A stretch of 64,000 nt of DNA from Candidatus Dormiibacterota bacterium (GTDB lineage: Bacteria > Chloroflexota > Dormibacteria > CF-121). Position 1 is the stretch's first letter. Each line of letters opens with the position of its first letter. The DNA is taken from contig DASYVR010000002.1 in assembly GCA_035936995.1 (NCBI GenBank), forward strand, positions 5,311 through 69,310. Direction: 5' to 3'. The position numbers and the translations under genes are program-made. Of the stretch, positions 8,830-18,701 are shown piece after piece. Under the pieces are notes generated by a model, which was not told the DNA's origin, ran no database searches, and saw only the letters and a list, made by a program, of their open reading frames with translations.

Positions 8830-11211
8830 TCAGTACGGCCAGGTCCAGTCGCGCACGTCCGGCACGTCCTCGCCGTGGTCCCGGGTGTACTGCCGGTGCC
8901 GCAGCCGCTCGTCCATCATGTGCTGGCGCACGTGCCCGGCGCGCGAGCCCAGCCCGGGAACCCGGTCGATGACGTCCATCACCAGGTGGAAGCGATCCAG
9001 GTCATTCAGCATCACCATGTCGAACGGCGTCGTCGTCGTGCCCTCCTCTTTGTATCCCCGGACGTGCAGATTGTTGTGGTTCTTCCGCCGGTAGGTCAGG
9101 CGATGGATCAGCCAGGGATAGCCGTGATAGGCGAAGATCACCGGCCGGTTGGTGGTGAAGAGCGCGTCGAACTCCGCGTCGGAGAGGCCGTGCGGATGCT
9201 CCGCCTCGGGTTGGAGCTTCATCAGGTCGACCACATTGACGACGCGCACCTTGAGATCGGGCAGGTGCTGACGGATCAGGTCGGCCGCGGCCAGCGTTTC
9301 CAGCGTCGGGATGTCGCCGGCGCACGCCATTACCACGTCCGGCTCGCCGGTGTCGTTGCTGGCCCAGTCCCAGATCCCGATCCCTCGGGTGCAATGGACG
9401 ATCGCGTCGTCCATCGGCAGGTAGTTGAGTGAGCGCTGCTTGCCGGCCACGATCACGTTCACGTACTGCTTGCTCTTCAGGCAATGGTCTGCAATGGAGA
9501 GCAGGCAGTTCGTATCGGGAGCCAGGTAGACGCGCACGACCTCGGGTTTCTTGTTCAGGACGACGTCGATGAAGCCCGGATCCTGGTGGGTGAAGCCGTT
9601 ATGGTCCTGGCGCCAGACATGCGAGCTCAGCAGGTAATTGAACGACGGGATCGGCCGGCGCCACGGAATCCGGTTCGTCACCTCGAGCCATTTCGCGTGC
9701 TGGTTGAACATCGCGTCGACGATATGGATGAACGCCTCGTAGCAGTTGAACAGGCCGTGCCGGCCGGTCAACACATAGCCCTCGAGCCAGCCCTGGCAGA
9801 GGTGCTCGCTCAGCACCTCCATCACCCGGCCGCCGGGCGCGAGGTGATCATCGATCGGCAGGGTTTCCGCCACCCAGGTCCGGTTGGTCACCTCGAACAC
9901 GGCGCTGAGGCGGTTCGATGCCGTTTCATCCGGCCCCATCAAACGGAAGTTCCGCGGATTGTGGGCGATGACGTCCCGCAGGAACTGTCCCAGGACCTTG
10001 GTTGCCTCGTCAAAGGTGGTCCCGGGCTTGTCGACCTTGACCGCGTACTCGCGGAAGTCCGGCAGCCGCAGGGCCTGGGTCAACTCGCCGCCATTCGCGT
10101 GCGGATTCGCGCTCATCCGCCGCGGGCCTCTTGGTGGCAGCTCCGCCAGCTCGGCAAGCAGCGTACCGTTGTCGTCGAACAGCTGCTCGGCATGGTAGCT
10201 GCGCAACCAGTCATCCAGGATCCGCAGGTGCTCCGGGTTCGTCATGTCGTCGACCGGCACCTGGTGCGACCGCCAGGTTCCCTCGACCGGCAAACCGTCA
10301 ACGACCTTCGGGCCGGTCCAGCCCTTCGGGGTGCGCATCACGATCATCGGCCACAGGGGACGGGTCGCCCGCTTCTTCCTGCGCGCCGCCCCCTGGATTT
10401 CCTCGATCTCGTCGAGCACGAGCTCGAGCAGCGCCGCCATTCGCTGGTGCATGTCCATCGGGTCATCACCGGCGATGATGTACGGGGTGTAGCCGTAGCC
10501 CTCGAGCAACTGGCGTAGCTCGCTCTCAGGGATTCGCGCCAACACCGTGGGGTTCGCGATCTTCCACCCATTCAAGTGAAGGATGGGAAGCACTACGCCG
10601 TCGGTAATCGGGTCGAGGAACTTGTTCGAGTGCCAGCTGGCTGCAAGCGGGCCGGTCTCGGCCTCGCCGTCCCCCACCACGCAGAAGACCTTGAGGTCCG
10701 GGTTGTCGAAGGCGGCGCCGTAGGCGTGGGTCAGCGCGTACCCCAGCTCGCCTCCCTCGTGGATCGATCCGGGCGTCTCCGGCGCATCGTGGCTCGGAAT
10801 CCCGCCTGGGAATGAGAATTGCCGGAAGAGCTTTTGCAAGCCGATAACATCTCGGCTGACCGCGGGATAGACCTCGCTGTAGGTTCCCTCGAGATAGGCG
10901 TTCGCGACCATCGCCGGCCCGCCGTGGCCCGGGCCGCAGATGAAGATGGCGTCGAGATCCCGCGCCTTGATCACCCGGTTCAGATGCGCGTACAAGAAGT
11001 TGAGACCAGGGGTCGTCCCCCAGTGACCAAGCAGGCGCGGCTTGATGTGCTTTACCTGGAGTGGCTCGCGTAACAGCGGGTTGTCCAGCAGGTAGATCTG
11101 GCCGACAGAAAGGTAGTTGGCCGAGCGCCAGTACGCGTGCAGCTTCTTGAGTTCGTCCGCGTTCAGCGGCCCTTCAGCGAGCGCGGCAGCCGGTCGCGGC
11201 TCAGTTTGCAT
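8830..11211 (-). CDS. xfp: Phosphoketolase (xylulose-5-P/fructose-6-P)
   Basis: [38 protein letters not shown] motifs; start placed at MQTEP after GAGGGG. Confidence 0.95.
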   Translation of the reverse strand: MQTEPRPAAALAEGPLNADELKKLHAYWRSANYLSVGQIYLLDNPLLREPLQVKHIKPRLLGHWGTTPGLNFLYAHLNRVIKARDLDAIFICGPGHGGPAMVANAYLEGTYSEVYPAVSRDVIGLQKLFRQFSFPGGIPSHDAPETPGSIHEGGELGYALTHAYGAAFDNPDLKVFCVVGDGEAETGPLAASWHSNKFLDPITDGVVLPILHLNGWKIANPTVLARIPESELRQLLEGYGYTPYIIAGDDPMDMHQRMAALLELVLDEIEEIQGAARRKKRATRPLWPMIVMRTPKGWTGPKVVDGLPVEGTWRSHQVPVDDMTNPEHLRILDDWLRSYHAEQLFDDNGTLLAELAELPPRGPRRMSANPHANGGELTQALRLPDFREYAVKVDKPGTTFDEATKVLGQFLRDVIAHNPRNFRLMGPDETASNRLSAVFEVTNRTWVAETLPIDDHLAPGGRVMEVLSEHLCQGWLEGYVLTGRHGLFNCYEAFIHIVDAMFNQHAKWLEVTNRIPWRRPIPSFNYLLSSHVWRQDHNGFTHQDPGFIDVVLNKKPEVVRVYLAPDTNCLLSIADHCLKSKQYVNVIVAGKQRSLNYLPMDDAIVHCTRGIGIWDWASNDTGEPDVVMACAGDIPTLETLAAADLIRQHLPDLKVRVVNVVDLMKLQPEAEHPHGLSDAEFDALFTTNRPVIFAYHGYPWLIHRLTYRRKNHNNLHVRGYKEEGTTTTPFDMVMLNDLDRFHLVMDVIDRVPGLGSRAGHVRQHMMDERLRHRQYTRDHGEDVPDVRDWTWPY

Positions 11212-11279
11212 ACCCCTCACGATAACGTGACAAGCCCCTGTAGGGTTTTGCGCCGAGCAGCCAATAGACTGGCCTCGGG

Positions 11280-12344
11280 ATGAGGAAAACTCTATCGAAA
11301 CGCAAGTCGACCACGGCGGCGAAGCGTAATCCGGCTGCAAAGAAGCGCAAGCCGACGCCATCGCCGGCACCATCACCGAACCCGAGCCCGAAGGGTCCAA
11401 TTCAACACGTGGTGATCATCGTCAAGGAGAACCACGCCTTCGATAACTACTTCGGCCGTTTTCCCGGCGCCGACGGTGACCCGAATCTGGCGCTCGCCTC
11501 CGATCCGCCGTCAGCCGATCATCCGCACGATCATGCGGCCTGGCTCAAGCGTGCCACCGGTGCCGCGAAAGAACAGTACGCGCAGCCGAACATCCCGAAC
11601 TACTGGCGCTACGCGCAGCAGTACACGCTTTGCGACAAATACTTCACCGCGGTCGCCGGTCCATCAACGCCCAACCACTTGATGCTGATCGCGGCGGATT
11701 CGCCAATCATCAACAACCCTCACTACCGCGACCCGATCAACCAGCAGCCACCATTCAACCTTCCGTCGCTCCCGGCCAACCTCGAGAAAGCTGGCCTCAC
11801 CTGGCGGAACTACGGTGGATACGCGCAGGGCTACATCACGGCGTTGAAGGGGAGCAAGAACAATGTCAAGGCGCCGCACTTCGCAACTGATGCCGCCGCT
11901 GGAAAACTTCCGAACGTCTCATGGCTCTACGGACCAACCGGGATGAGCGAGCACCCCGTCGAATCGGTCAAGGCCGGCCAGCACTGGACGGCGCAACAAG
12001 TCGATGCGATCGTCAAGGGTGGCCTGTGGCCGAACACCGTCATCTTCATCACCTGGGACGACTGGGGCGGTTGGTACGACCACATCACCCCGCCGCTGGT
12101 CGAGAAATGGACGGACGGCACCCAGTTCACCTATGGGACGCGCGTCGGCTGCCTGGTGCTGAGCCCATTCGCGAAGGCCGGATACATCTCGCATACCCAG
12201 CACTCGCACGTGAGCCTGGTCAAGTTCTGTGAGAAGACCTTCGGCCTGCCGCCGATCAACGCGCGCGACAAGGCCGCCGATGACATGTCCGATTGCTTCG
12301 ACTTCACGCAGAAGCCGCTCGCCGCACCAGGACCGGCTGTCTAA
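11280..12344 (+). CDS. Phosphoesterase / phospholipase C family protein
   Basis: [37 protein letters not shown] motifs. Confidence 0.88.
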   Translation: MRKTLSKRKSTTAAKRNPAAKKRKPTPSPAPSPNPSPKGPIQHVVIIVKENHAFDNYFGRFPGADGDPNLALASDPPSADHPHDHAAWLKRATGAAKEQYAQPNIPNYWRYAQQYTLCDKYFTAVAGPSTPNHLMLIAADSPIINNPHYRDPINQQPPFNLPSLPANLEKAGLTWRNYGGYAQGYITALKGSKNNVKAPHFATDAAAGKLPNVSWLYGPTGMSEHPVESVKAGQHWTAQQVDAIVKGGLWPNTVIFITWDDWGGWYDHITPPLVEKWTDGTQFTYGTRVGCLVLSPFAKAGYISHTQHSHVSLVKFCEKTFGLPPINARDKAADDMSDCFDFTQKPLAAPGPAV

Positions 12345-12434
12345 TTCACTCCCCATGCGGGGAATGCAACTCCTTCCGCCCTTGCGGGGACTGAAGCTCC
12401 CTCCGCCCTTGCGGGGGAGGGTCGGGGTGGGGGG
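12345..12434 (+). repeat. Hairpin/G-tract repeat cluster (two partial units + one full)
   Basis: CCCTCCGCCCTTGCGGGGGAGGGTCGGGGTGGGGGG. Confidence 0.85.
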
Positions 12435-12463
12435 TTTGGACTTGCGCACATGGCGCGTTTATA

Positions 12464-12877
12464 TTGGTCTCAGCCGTGATCCCTCTCGCGATTCACTGCG
12501 GACCAATCGGTGGCGGCTTCGGTTGTGACATGGGCTCCCTGCCGGCGCCGCCTATTGCCCTCACATGGATTCTCTATGGCATCGCGCTTGCTGGCCTGGG
12601 ACTGGGGCTTCATGCGCTTTTCACCGGGCGGCTCGCCGTCAGGTTTGGAAGGCTAAGGGAGATTTCGAACGCCCGAGCCGCTCGCCTTGTAGGGCTGAGC
12701 TTGCTACTGGATTCACTCGTCTCGATCGAGATCGCCCGTGAGTTTGAGGTCTTGAGCAACCACGTCGAGCCGCCTCATTGGACCGGGCTCTTGCTGTTTG
12801 CTTCGTTCATCGTCGCCACGCTTCTACAGTGGCTCGCCTTCCGAATCGATCGGCGTTCCGAGCCTGCTCCCCAATAG
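12464..12877 (+). CDS. Hypothetical membrane protein (start uncertain)
   Basis: About three hydrophobic segments; atypical codon usage. Confidence 0.5.
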   Translation: MVSAVIPLAIHCGPIGGGFGCDMGSLPAPPIALTWILYGIALAGLGLGLHALFTGRLAVRFGRLREISNARAARLVGLSLLLDSLVSIEIAREFEVLSNHVEPPHWTGLLLFASFIVATLLQWLAFRIDRRSEPAPQ

Positions 12878-12895
12878 CTTCGGCGACAAGCTCAT

Positions 12896-12964
12896 ATGAC
12901 CGCCGCCGACCGGGCGCTCTACCAGGCCAAAGCCGGCGGCCATAACCGCGTCGCCGCCGCCTGA
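12896..12964 (+). pseudogene. C-terminal remnant of a GGDEF diguanylate cyclase
   Basis: Translates as MTAADRALYQAKAGGHNRVAAA*, matching the 'AD.ALY.AK..G.NRV' end of GGDEF domains; no upstream domain present. Confidence 0.7.
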
Positions 12965-12972
12965 ACGCCGCC

Positions 12973-12999
12973 TCACCCGCGCCAACCTCTGGCGGCGTC
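12973..12999 (+). promoter_or_regulatory. Putative ECF sigma promoter TCACCCG-N16-CGTC (copy 1)
   Basis: Same hexamer/tetramer and spacing as at 13853-13879, upstream of the sigma gene. Confidence 0.7.
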
Positions 13000-13059
13000 T
13001 GAAGGAGTGGACGGCAAGAAAGCCGCCAGATCCAACGGACTCATAGGAGGCAAACCGTT

Positions 13060-13782
13060 ATGTCCTCGATTACCCTACCGTACGCCCGATTGACACTCGG
13101 CCTGGCGCTGGCCGCGGGGGCCATCACCCTGACGGGCGCCCTGCAGGCGTCTGCCGATACCCTGGGCGCGTTCACCTGCACCGATAAGTCCGGAGGCGTC
13201 GCCGGCGCGGCCGGGACGGTGTACGACGTCAGGGTCGCGCACCACGATGGCTATGACCGGCTTGTTATCGGGTTTCCCACCGCCAACACCATGCCGCAAT
13301 ACCAGCTGACGCAGCAGGCGACGGCACACTTCGTCCGCGACGCGAGCGGCCAGCCCGTCACCCTCAACGGCTCGGCCGGTCTCCGGGTTGTACTTCGGAA
13401 CACCGATATCGTCAACGGTGCTCCGAGCGACCTCAAGCCCAGCCTGCCTGCGATCCGTGAAGTGACACGGATCGGCGACTTCGAGCGGGTCGTCAGCTAC
13501 GGCGTCGGTCTCGCGACGCCCGCCTGCTTCCGCGTTCTCGAGCTCAGCGGGCCAACTCGCCTGGTAATCGACGTCCAAACTCCGGCGGCCGCTCCGGCCG
13601 CGACCGCTGCGCCGTCAACGGCCGCTAGCCAGCCCGCGACCCCATCCGATCTCGCCGCGACCGGCCACCCGGCCCAGCCTGCGCAACCCGTGAACTTCCC
13701 GGTCACTGCCCTGATCCTGGGGCTGCTCGCCGTGACGGCGGGGCTTACCATCGCCGGCCTCCGGCGATTCGCGAGGAAATGA
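13060..13782 (+). CDS. Secreted AMIN-like domain protein with an LAxTG-type C-terminal sorting signal
   Basis: Signal peptide; 'H.GYDR.V..F' to 'P.RLVIDV' domain; LAATG + TM + RRFARK tail; GGAGG RBS. Confidence 0.75.
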   Translation: MSSITLPYARLTLGLALAAGAITLTGALQASADTLGAFTCTDKSGGVAGAAGTVYDVRVAHHDGYDRLVIGFPTANTMPQYQLTQQATAHFVRDASGQPVTLNGSAGLRVVLRNTDIVNGAPSDLKPSLPAIREVTRIGDFERVVSYGVGLATPACFRVLELSGPTRLVIDVQTPAAAPAATAAPSTAASQPATPSDLAATGHPAQPAQPVNFPVTALILGLLAVTAGLTIAGLRRFARK

Positions 13783-13797
13783 CCCTCTTTCGGCCAA

Positions 13798-13846
13798 TCC
13801 CCTCCCCACGATTTCCCTCCCCCTCACGAGGAGGGCAGGGTGGGGG
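13798..13846 (+). repeat. Hairpin/G-tract repeat
   Basis: TTCCCTCCCCCTCACGAGGAGGGCAGGGTGGGGG. Confidence 0.85.
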
Positions 13847-13852
13847 CCTTCG

Positions 13853-13879
13853 TCACCCGTCCACGGCACCCGGAGCGTC
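13853..13879 (+). promoter_or_regulatory. Putative ECF sigma autoregulatory promoter TCACCCG-N16-CGTC (copy 2)
   Basis: Ends 12 nt before the sigma ATG; CGTC is a typical ECF -10 element. Confidence 0.7.
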
Positions 13880-13891
13880 GATAGGATTGGC

Positions 13892-14428
13892 ATGCTTATG
13901 GACCCGACGTTCGGGCGCGTCATCGAGCGGTGGCGCGCCGGCGATCGCGACGCCTTCGAAGAGGTCATGGATCGCTACGGCCTGCAGCTGCTCCGAACCG
14001 CCCGCTTGATTCTTCGCGACGAGGCGTTGGCCGAGGACGCCATCCAGGAAACGTTTCTCAAGGCCTGGCAGCGGATCGGCAGTTTGCACGACGAAGATCC
14101 CGGACCCTGGCTCACCAGAATCGCAATGAATGAAAGCATCTCGGCGTACCGGCGACGGCACCGCTTCCAGGCGCTGACCGAGCGGTTTGGCCGCTTGGGT
14201 GGCGCCAAGCGCGAGGTCTCCAGCGAGGCGCGCCTGGACCTGGCACACGCGCTCGACCAGCTGACCGCCGAGCAGCGCGCTGCGGTCGCCCTTCACTACT
14301 ACCAGGACTTGAGCGTTGACGAGACAGCGCGGGCACTGAGGGTCCCGGTGGACACCATCAAGTCGCGGTTGAAGACCGCGCTCCGCCGGCTTCGCGAGCT
14401 GACCGGAAGCGAGGAGGCGTTCGCATGA
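13892..14428 (+). CDS. ECF RNA polymerase sigma factor
   Basis: AEDAIQETFLKAW region 2; region 4 HTH ending TIKSRL. Confidence 0.93.
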   Translation: MLMDPTFGRVIERWRAGDRDAFEEVMDRYGLQLLRTARLILRDEALAEDAIQETFLKAWQRIGSLHDEDPGPWLTRIAMNESISAYRRRHRFQALTERFGRLGGAKREVSSEARLDLAHALDQLTAEQRAAVALHYYQDLSVDETARALRVPVDTIKSRLKTALRRLRELTGSEEAFA

Positions 14429-15609
14429 GCGACGACTTCGAGAAGAACCTGCGCGACCACCTCCACAGCGAAGCGGAGGAAACGCGGGAGTTTCCGCGCC
14501 GGCTCCGCGGCCGCATCCGGGATGGCATCGCGCCTCGGTCGCGCGCCCGCATGGCGCCGCAGCTGGCGCTGGCCGGCGCGCTGGTGCTGGTCGCGGTCGC
14601 CGTGCTGGCGTTTCGCAACCCAACGATCATCAACGTGGTCACCACCAACATCAACAAAATCTTCCCGAGCCCGTCGCCGACACCGCAACCATTCACCTGT
14701 ACCGACCGGTCGGGAGGATCCGCAGGCCTTTCCGCCCAGTTGACCTCGATTCGAACGGCTCCCCACGACGGATACGATCGCGTCGTTTTCGAATTCGGCG
14801 GCGCCGGGATTCCGTCCTACGATCTCACCCGGCAAGATTCGGCAACGTTCACCCGTGATGCCAGCGGGCAAAACGTTACGCTCGACGGCGCTGCGGGTCT
14901 CAAGCTGGTCTTTCGCGATGCGGACGTTGCCTCCGGCGTCAGCACTGATCTGAAGCTACCGCTAATGGGTCTCCGGGAGATCGCCCAAATCGGTAGTCTC
15001 GAGCGGGTGCTGAGCTACGGCATTGGCATCTCGTCGTCCCAGTGCGTTCGGGTTCTTGAGCTCAGTGGACCATCCCGCCTCGTTGTCGACGTCGCGACCA
15101 CCGCCTCCGCATCAACGACGGCCGCCCCAACGCCACTGCCGACCACCCCCGCGGCCACGGACCTCGGGTCGTTTACCTGCCAGGACCGAAGCGGCGGAAC
15201 GAGCGGCAGCCCGGCCATGCAGTTGACTGACGTACGAGTCGCCCATCAACCCGGCTATGACCGGATCGTCTTCGAGTTCGCGCCGCTGGCTGGCGCATCA
15301 CCGCGGGTTCCTGCCTACACCCTGTCGCGCCAGGCGTCGGCCCATTTCGTCAAGGATCCAAGCGGGCAACCGATCACGATGCGCGGCAGCTACGGCCTAC
15401 GCGTCGTCTTCCAGCAAGCAACCGGCGCGAGCACCTACAACAAGAGCCGCGATCTCACCCCGAACCTTCCCGTCGTGCAAGAGGTCGAACAACTCGGCGA
15501 CTTCGAAGCCGTATTGAGCTGGGGCGCTGGCCTCTCGCGGCAGTCCTGCATACGCACGCTGGAGTTGAGTAACCCGACCCGCCTTGTCATCGACGTCCAG
15601 ACCCCCTGA
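14425..15609 (+). CDS. Probable anti-sigma factor with two extracellular AMIN-like repeats
   Basis: ATGA overlap with the sigma gene; short cytoplasmic N-terminus, one TM, two repeats homologous to 13060-13782. Confidence 0.75.
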   Translation: MSDDFEKNLRDHLHSEAEETREFPRRLRGRIRDGIAPRSRARMAPQLALAGALVLVAVAVLAFRNPTIINVVTTNINKIFPSPSPTPQPFTCTDRSGGSAGLSAQLTSIRTAPHDGYDRVVFEFGGAGIPSYDLTRQDSATFTRDASGQNVTLDGAAGLKLVFRDADVASGVSTDLKLPLMGLREIAQIGSLERVLSYGIGISSSQCVRVLELSGPSRLVVDVATTASASTTAAPTPLPTTPAATDLGSFTCQDRSGGTSGSPAMQLTDVRVAHQPGYDRIVFEFAPLAGASPRVPAYTLSRQASAHFVKDPSGQPITMRGSYGLRVVFQQATGASTYNKSRDLTPNLPVVQEVEQLGDFEAVLSWGAGLSRQSCIRTLELSNPTRLVIDVQTP

Positions 15610-15613
15610 CGCC

Positions 15614-16174
15614 TTAGCGCGGCGTTTCCGCCGCCGGCTTGAACGGGGCGCCGTGACCGGGAACGATGAGCGCGGCGGCCTCCAGCACCCGCGCCCGGCT
15701 GCGGTGGAGCGCTGATGGATCGGACGCGAATGGGTCCTCGGCTGGCCCTTGCGCTGACCACCAGAGATGTGTGAACGCCACGGTGCCGGCACTCGTCGAG
15801 ACCAGCGTCGTGATGTCCTGCGGCGTGTGCCCGGGCGTCTCGATCAGACGGATCGATGGGCTGAGCGCAAAGCCTTCCGCCGCACGACTCTGCCACACGT
15901 CGCTCCGGTAGATAGCCCAGAAGTCATGAAAGCGGGCTCTGGGAAAGAGGGCCGCATTGAGCGTGTGGTCCGGGTGATGGTGCGAGAAGATCACGTCGGT
16001 GATCTCGTCCGGCGAATGGACCAGCTCCCTGAGCGGATCCAGGATGGCACCGGGTTCCGGCACCATCCCGGGGTCGATGATCGTCCGGACATTGCCATCG
16101 CGGACGAAGCTCACGGTGCCGGCGACCCGGTCCCCGACGTAGCCGGTAAACAGGATGCGGAATTCGGCACTCAA
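15614..16174 (-). CDS. MBL-fold metallo-hydrolase
   Basis: SHHHPDH, TPGHT and VPGHG motifs. Confidence 0.85.
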   Translation of the reverse strand: MSAEFRILFTGYVGDRVAGTVSFVRDGNVRTIIDPGMVPEPGAILDPLRELVHSPDEITDVIFSHHHPDHTLNAALFPRARFHDFWAIYRSDVWQSRAAEGFALSPSIRLIETPGHTPQDITTLVSTSAGTVAFTHLWWSAQGPAEDPFASDPSALHRSRARVLEAAALIVPGHGAPFKPAAETPR

Positions 16175-16227
16175 CGCCCGTTGATTGTAAGATCGCTAGA
16201 ACCCTGACCCGGGAAGGAAGATTCGCT

Positions 16228-16746
16228 ATGAGTGTTACCGATGAGGTCTTGAAGAACAACGAGGCGTACGCCCGATCGTTCAACGCGGGCAACTTGCCCA
16301 TGCCGCCCGCCAAGAAGCTGTTCGTGCTGGCCTGCATGGACGCCCGTCTCCATGTGAGCAAAATCCTCGGCTTGAAGGAAGGCGACGCCCATGTCTTCCG
16401 TAACGCCGGCGGCGTCGCCACCATGGACGCGATTCGTTCGCTGGCGATCTCGCAGCGGCTACTCGGCACCGACGAAGTCGTCCTCATCCACCACACCGAC
16501 TGCGGCATGCTGACGTTCAAGGACGACGAGGTCAGCGCCCAGATCGAGGAGGAAACCGGCATCCGGCCCCCATTCAGACTCGAAGCGTTCTCCAACCTGG
16601 AAAAGGACGTGCGCCAATCGATCGCCCGGATCAGGGCCAGCCCCTTCATCCCGCACAAGGACAAGATCCGGGGGTTCATTTACGACGTGAAGGCCGGACG
16701 GCTGAACGAAGTCGCGGTGGAGGCCGCCACCGCCGGCCAGCGGTAG
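16228..16746 (+). CDS. Beta-class carbonic anhydrase (small clade-D type)
   Basis: CMDAR, RNAGG and HHTDCG zinc ligands. Confidence 0.92.
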   Translation: MSVTDEVLKNNEAYARSFNAGNLPMPPAKKLFVLACMDARLHVSKILGLKEGDAHVFRNAGGVATMDAIRSLAISQRLLGTDEVVLIHHTDCGMLTFKDDEVSAQIEEETGIRPPFRLEAFSNLEKDVRQSIARIRASPFIPHKDKIRGFIYDVKAGRLNEVAVEAATAGQR

Positions 16747-16767
16747 CCGGCGCCAGAAGCCACACCC

Positions 16768-17748
16768 ATGGCAACGTCGACCAAGCTGACCAACCCGACC
16801 TACCTCGATTACTCCGGCCGGGCCGATGCGCTCAGTGGCGGGGTCACGATGATCCCGATTGAGACGGCGAAGGGCTCCTTCCGCGTGTGGACGAAGCGCG
16901 TTGGCAACAACCCGACGACGCGGTTGCTTCTTCTGCACGGGGGCCCGGGCGCGACGCACGAGTACTTCGAAGCCTGCGACTCCTACCTGCCAGGGGCGGG
17001 CATCGAGTATTACTACTACGACCAGCTCGGATCCGCATACAGCGATCAGCCCGAGGACGAAGAGTTGTGGACGATCCCCCGCTTCGTCGACGAGGTGGAG
17101 CAGGTCCGCCGGGCGCTTGGCCTGGACCGGGACAACTTCTATCTCCTGGGTCACTCCTGGGGCGGGGTCCTTGCGATCGAATACGCGCTACGGTATCAGG
17201 GTCATCTCAAAGGTCTCGTGATTTCCAACATGATGGCCAGCATTCCCGCGTACAACGCCTACGCGCAGACGGTGCTCATGCCGGCAATGGACCAGACCGC
17301 GCTCGCCGAGATCAAGCGCTTCGAAGCCGACAAAGATTACGAGAACCCGCGCTACATGGAGCTCCTCGTCGAGCACCATTACGTCCATCACGTGCTCCGG
17401 ATGCCGGCCGACCAATGGCCCGATCCGGTAAACCGCGCCTTCAACCGACTCAACAAAGCGATCTACATTCCGCTGCAGGGTCCGAGCGAGCTCGGCGCGA
17501 GCGGCAAGCTTGAGCACTGGGACCGCACCGCGGACCTGGGGAAGATCACGGTCCCGACCCTGACCATTGGCGCCCAGTACGACACCATGGACCCGGAGCA
17601 TATGAGGTGGATGGCGGGGCAGCTGCAGCACGGACGCTACCTGGCGTGCCCTGGTGGCAGCCACATGGCCATGTACGACAGCCAGGCAGCCTACTTTGAC
17701 GGGCTGATCAGCTTCATTCGCGACCGAGAAGAAGGCGTCTTTCCCTAG
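16768..17748 (+). CDS. Proline iminopeptidase-family hydrolase
   Basis: HGGPG, YDQLG and GHSWGG motifs. Confidence 0.9.
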   Translation: MATSTKLTNPTYLDYSGRADALSGGVTMIPIETAKGSFRVWTKRVGNNPTTRLLLLHGGPGATHEYFEACDSYLPGAGIEYYYYDQLGSAYSDQPEDEELWTIPRFVDEVEQVRRALGLDRDNFYLLGHSWGGVLAIEYALRYQGHLKGLVISNMMASIPAYNAYAQTVLMPAMDQTALAEIKRFEADKDYENPRYMELLVEHHYVHHVLRMPADQWPDPVNRAFNRLNKAIYIPLQGPSELGASGKLEHWDRTADLGKITVPTLTIGAQYDTMDPEHMRWMAGQLQHGRYLACPGGSHMAMYDSQAAYFDGLISFIRDREEGVFP

Positions 17749-17831
17749 GCAAACCCTCCCCCACCGGTCGCTCAACCGCCGTCCCTATTTGGAAAGCAAG
17801 CCTCACTAGAACCCCGCCGTTACATCTGCCG

Positions 17832-18686
17832 TTGAATCGGCCCCGACGCCCTCCAGTGCCCTCGGCGGTGGTTTTCACGATTAATGCGATCGCGATCTCC
17901 TGGCTATGCTGGCTCCCGCTGGTCGCGACCAACCACGGCATCGGGAATGTCCCGCCCTCGCTGGTCCCGCTGCTGGTCCTGCTGGGCACCTTCGGCCCCT
18001 TCCTCAGCGCGGTGACCATCGTCGCTCGTCGGTCGGGGTTCCGCGGCCTGGGGCAGTTTATCGGCCAGGCTTTTCGCTGGCGGGTTGGCATCCAGTGGTA
18101 TGCCGCCGCACTCGTCGCGCCCGCCGCGATCCGGATTGCGGTTCTCTACGTGCACGTTTTGAAAGGCGGCACATTCCCCGACCTGTCGGATACGACGCGC
18201 TGGCTCGCCATCCCCTCGACCTTCCTCCTGGTGCTGCTCATCGGCGGACCGACGGGTGAGGAATTTGGCTGGCGCGGATTTCTCCTCCAGCGCATGCAGC
18301 CGGTCACGGGGGTGCTGGGGGCGTCGATCCTGATCGGGGTGATCACGGCTTTCTGGCATCTGCCGCTGTTTTGGATCCCGAGCACGGCCCAGAGCCATCT
18401 GCCCTTCGCCATCTTCGCGGTGCGCACGGTGGCGCTCTCGATCATTTCGACCTGGCTGTACAACGGCACCCGGAGGAGCCTGCTGTTCGTCCTCCTCTTC
18501 CACGCCTCGCTGAACACCTGGCCGAATACCATGTACATCCTCGAAGCGGAGGGAACGATCGGCCCTTACCTCAGCACCACCATCATCTACTCAGGGTGGG
18601 CTCTCCAGCTGTTCATCCTGGGTCTCCTCCGTGGCCGAGGCGACCGCCGCCAACCGGCGGACGCGACCCCGGCCGTCGCCGCCTGA
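17832..18686 (+). CDS. CPBP (Abi/CAAX) intramembrane metalloprotease
   Basis: EEFGWRG, WHLP and FHASLN motifs. Confidence 0.9.
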   Translation: MNRPRRPPVPSAVVFTINAIAISWLCWLPLVATNHGIGNVPPSLVPLLVLLGTFGPFLSAVTIVARRSGFRGLGQFIGQAFRWRVGIQWYAAALVAPAAIRIAVLYVHVLKGGTFPDLSDTTRWLAIPSTFLLVLLIGGPTGEEFGWRGFLLQRMQPVTGVLGASILIGVITAFWHLPLFWIPSTAQSHLPFAIFAVRTVALSIISTWLYNGTRRSLLFVLLFHASLNTWPNTMYILEAEGTIGPYLSTTIIYSGWALQLFILGLLRGRGDRRQPADATPAVAA

Positions 18687-18701
18687 CCCTCAACCGCGCG
18701 A

